Both the position numbers and the translations under genes were made by a program. The notes under the pieces were generated by a model. That model worked only from the letters and a program-made list of their open reading frames with translations, made no database searches and was not told the DNA's origin. From Vulcanimicrobiales bacterium (lineage in GTDB: Bacteria; Vulcanimicrobiota; Vulcanimicrobiia; Vulcanimicrobiales; Vulcanimicrobiaceae), in assembly GCA_038215615.1 (NCBI GenBank), contig JBBQQR010000008.1, forward strand, positions 1 to 64,000: a stretch of 64,000 nt of DNA, in the 5' to 3' direction. Shown piece after piece: positions 61,321 to 64,000 of the stretch. Numbering within the stretch: position 1 is the stretch's first letter; every line of letters starts with the position of its first letter.

Positions 61321-62815
61321 CGTTCAATGGAAAAGATCCGCGCGCGGGTTTCCCGCCGAACAGCACGGCTGCCAGACCGGCGATGCTGGGGGCATCGTCG
61401 CCAAAAGTGCACGCGACATGACGAGCTTGCGGAAATTCGAACGCGTCGAACGGTTCGCGCAATGAAACAAGCAGCGCATCCGGATGCGCGGAAAGTATGC
61501 GATCGACCGCGGACCTCTGTCCGGCGTACACGTGCGCGCGCCGCATCAGGACGATCGGGCGGCCTCCGCCGATCTCCGCGAGCATTCGATCGATGTCTTC
61601 TTCTTGCGGATCCAGTGGTGCGCGGATTTGGCGCGCGTCCGCATAATCGGAGAGCGCGGCGTGCCGGTCGTGCGCGCCCTGCGCGCCTTCGGAGGTCGCA
61701 CTTTCAAAGCTGACGGCGATGTCGTCCGGACCGCCCCGCACTTCGCCGCGCATGACGGTGACCGCACCGAGCCCGATGCGCGAACCGATTCCGGGGAACG
61801 GCGCGGCAGCTTCTAAAGGAAGAGGCGACTGCAGCGCGGAGCGCAGAGCCCCAACCCGGGAAGCGGCTTCTTCAAGCCGCTCGAGCGAAAGATCCCCATC
61901 TTCGGCGGCTCGCGCGATACCGTCGACCGTGCGCGCCGCCAAGTCGAGATCGTGACTCAACAAGACACAGTCGGCGCCCGCGGCGAGCGCCTCGATGGCC
62001 GCCCGTTGGGTGCCGATTCCTTTGGTAATCGCGTCCATCTGCAGGCAGTCGGTGAAGCAGACGCCTTTGAAGTGCAGCTCGCCTCTCAGCAATTCCGTGA
62101 GGGTGCGGCGCGAAACCGTTGCCGGCCGGCCCTCTTCGAATGCACGCACGATGACGTGCGCCGTCATGACAGCGCGCGCCGCCGGCAGCAACTCCGCGAA
62201 CGGAATGAGATCGCGCGCGCGCAGCGTCGCTTCGTCCGCCTCGATGACCGGCAGCTCCACATGCGAGTCGGCCGGCGTCGAGCCGTGCCCGGGGAAGTGC
62301 TTGAACGTTGCCGTAACGCCGCCACCTTCCAAGCCGGCCGCGAATGCTCCGGCGAGCAGCGCGACACGGTGAGGATCGTCGCCAAACGCCCGCGTGCCGA
62401 TCACGGTGTTCATACGCGTGAGCGCAAGGTCGGCAACCGGAGCGAAATTGACATTTGCTCCGGCGCGGCGAAGATCGAATGCGACCTGCTCGCCGGCGTC
62501 TCGTGCGAGTTGGTCGCTTGCGGCGCCCGCACAGGCCGCCGCGATCGCAAGGGCCGACGGAATCTCCTCGACGCCTGCGCGAATGCGCGCCACGCGTCCG
62601 CCCTCTTGATCGATCGCGAGAATCGGCGCCGGCAGTAGTTCACGCAGCTCATCGGTGAGCGCACGAACCTGCGCCACCGACTCCACATTGCCGCCGAAGA
62701 GCACGACACCCGCCAGCGGAACGTCGCGCAGAAATGTTTGCAACTCCGCGCTCACGGTGGTGCCTTCGAAACCCGCACACACGACGCCGGCTGCCAGTTT
62801 TCGAACGTCGCTCAC
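61298..62815 (-). CDS. nagZ: Beta-N-acetylhexosaminidase (GH3)
   Basis: IDQEGGRV, KHFPGHG and DSH motifs; GTG 62815 overlaps the upstream stop. Confidence 0.92.
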   Translation of the reverse strand: MSDVRKLAAGVVCAGFEGTTVSAELQTFLRDVPLAGVVLFGGNVESVAQVRALTDELRELLPAPILAIDQEGGRVARIRAGVEEIPSALAIAAACAGAASDQLARDAGEQVAFDLRRAGANVNFAPVADLALTRMNTVIGTRAFGDDPHRVALLAGAFAAGLEGGGVTATFKHFPGHGSTPADSHVELPVIEADEATLRARDLIPFAELLPAARAVMTAHVIVRAFEEGRPATVSRRTLTELLRGELHFKGVCFTDCLQMDAITKGIGTQRAAIEALAAGADCVLLSHDLDLAARTVDGIARAAEDGDLSLERLEEAASRVGALRSALQSPLPLEAAAPFPGIGSRIGLGAVTVMRGEVRGGPDDIAVSFESATSEGAQGAHDRHAALSDYADARQIRAPLDPQEEDIDRMLAEIGGGRPIVLMRRAHVYAGQRSAVDRILSAHPDALLVSLREPFDAFEFPQARHVACTFGDDAPSIAGLAAVLFGGKPARGSFPLNGAALARG

Positions 62816-63789
62816 TGAATTGCCGCTCCGCCGGCGCGATCGAAGCGGCGCACGTGCTCTTGCGGCAGCGTCACGGCGACTTCTTCTCCGACATCCGGAA
62901 CCGCGGCAACCGGGACCCGCGCGATCAGCTCGCCCTTTGCGGTCTGCATGCGGACGAACGCGTCGGCCCCCGTCGATTCGACCGTCACAACTCGCCCGCG
63001 AAGCGGGCCGCCGTTTTGCAGCCGAACGTTTTCGGGGCGAATGCCAAGCGTTTCCATTCCATCGTCGATCAGATTCATCGGCGGTGTTCCGAAAAATCTC
63101 GCCACGCGCGTGTTCGCCGGATAATCGTAGACGCGCTGCGGCGCATCGCACTGCAAGATCGCGCCGTCGATCATAACCGCGAGCCGATCGCCTGCCGTCA
63201 GCGCCTCGGCGTGATCGTGCGTCACGTGAATCACAGCTCCATTGAACGACCTCGAAAACGCCAAAAACGAGCGCCGCACTTGCGCGCGCAGCGACGGTTC
63301 CAAATGCGAAAGCGGTTCGTCCAGCAAGAGAACACGCGGATCGCTCAGCATTGCACGGGCGAGCGAAGCCCGCTGGCGTTCGCCGGCGGAGAGTTCGCGG
63401 GGACGTTTTTGCAGATGCGCGGCAATACCGAGATCGTGCGCAGCGGCTTCGACGCGATCGTCCCCGCCGCGCTCGCCGCGCAAAGCGAAGACGAGATTTT
63501 GGCGCAGCGTCAAGTGCGGGAAAAGAGCGTCGCGATCGAAGACAATCGCGACCCGGCGTTCTTCCGCCGGCCGGCTGGCGGCCTCACGGTCGTCGACGAG
63601 AACAGAACCTGCATCGGGGCGTTCCAATCCGGCGATAACGCGTAATAGCGTCGTTTTCCCCGCGCCGCTCGGTCCCAAAATGACGAGCCGCTCGCGATCG
63701 CGCACAGAAAAAGAAACGCGGTCCAGTGCGGTCCGGCGAACTCCATTACGGTGAAAATGTTTGGTGAGATCGCGTGCGGCAACCGCCAC
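62812..63789 (-). CDS. Sugar ABC transporter ATP-binding protein (MalK/MsmX-like)
   Basis: GPSGAGKT, LSAGERQR, LLLDEP and VTHD motifs with a TOBE-like C-terminus. Confidence 0.9.
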   Translation of the reverse strand: MAVAARDLTKHFHRNGVRRTALDRVSFSVRDRERLVILGPSGAGKTTLLRVIAGLERPDAGSVLVDDREAASRPAEERRVAIVFDRDALFPHLTLRQNLVFALRGERGGDDRVEAAAHDLGIAAHLQKRPRELSAGERQRASLARAMLSDPRVLLLDEPLSHLEPSLRAQVRRSFLAFSRSFNGAVIHVTHDHAEALTAGDRLAVMIDGAILQCDAPQRVYDYPANTRVARFFGTPPMNLIDDGMETLGIRPENVRLQNGGPLRGRVVTVESTGADAFVRMQTAKGELIARVPVAAVPDVGEEVAVTLPQEHVRRFDRAGGAAIQ

Positions 63790-63805
63790 GGCGCCCTAGG
63801 TTTTC

Positions 63806-64000
63806 CTAGCGGATGCGGATGATTTGCGCGACGAGCCGTCCGGCAACGTCGCTGACATCGATGTCGACGCGCGACCCGCGCGACAATTCGGCGAACGATG
63901 CAAAGTCTTCGCCGCGAAAAATACTCGTGCTCGGCGTGACCGCAATCGGTACGCGTCCGTGCGATGTTTCGACCAAAATGCTAGCGCTGGCAAAATCGAT
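63806..64000 (-). CDS. C-terminal part of a hypothetical protein (DUF5666/OB-fold-like), 5' end beyond the window
   Basis: Manual translation IDFASASILVETSHGRVPIAVTPSTSIFRG...LSRGSRVDIDV...LVAQIIRIR*. Confidence 0.55.
   Translation of the reverse strand: MDFASASILVETSHGRVPIAVTPSTSIFRGEDFASFAELSRGSRVDIDVSDVAGRLVAQIIRIR

Overview
GC-rich, very gene-dense bacterial chromosomal window, mostly housekeeping and metabolic. TolC, LolA-like and beta-barrel proteins imply a diderm envelope; with the Terrabacteria-type ClpC this suggests Eremiobacterota/Vulcanimicrobiota, which is inference only. Gene order: cmk-plsC-ispH-polyprenyl synthetase (minus); radA-formiminotransferase-DUF1003-M16 peptidase-aldehyde dehydrogenase; a decayed F420-reductase-like gene; dapD; a pentose phosphate operon (tkt, tal-pgi fusion, gnd, zwf, opcA, pgl); a LolA-like/TetR/EmrA/TolC operon with a perfect palindromic operator; a class A beta-lactamase-like hydrolase; hutH-hutU-hutI-hutF-like; two exported hypotheticals; a WYL regulator; clpC; SufT/DUF59; a GGDEF protein; pccB-fabI-epsilon-like-biotin carboxylase-mutase-epimerase; a two-component system with PepSY-RND-TolC-MFP; and a peptidoglycan recycling operon ending in DUF4127. 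No rRNA, tRNA, CRISPR array, transposase or prophage was seen. The main unexplained signals are (1) an unidentified ~200-nt multi-hairpin RNA gene with its own promoter and terminator, convergent with the WYL gene; (2) a REP-like palindromic element family (core GAGCYTGTCGA, covarying stems) sitting in frame inside hutI, the biotin carboxylase and an epsilon-like ORF; (3) a collapsed 34-aa glyoxalase remnant that overlaps both hutH and hutU; and (4) possible non-canonical GTC/ATC start codons. All product calls come from motif recognition by eye; no database search was run.
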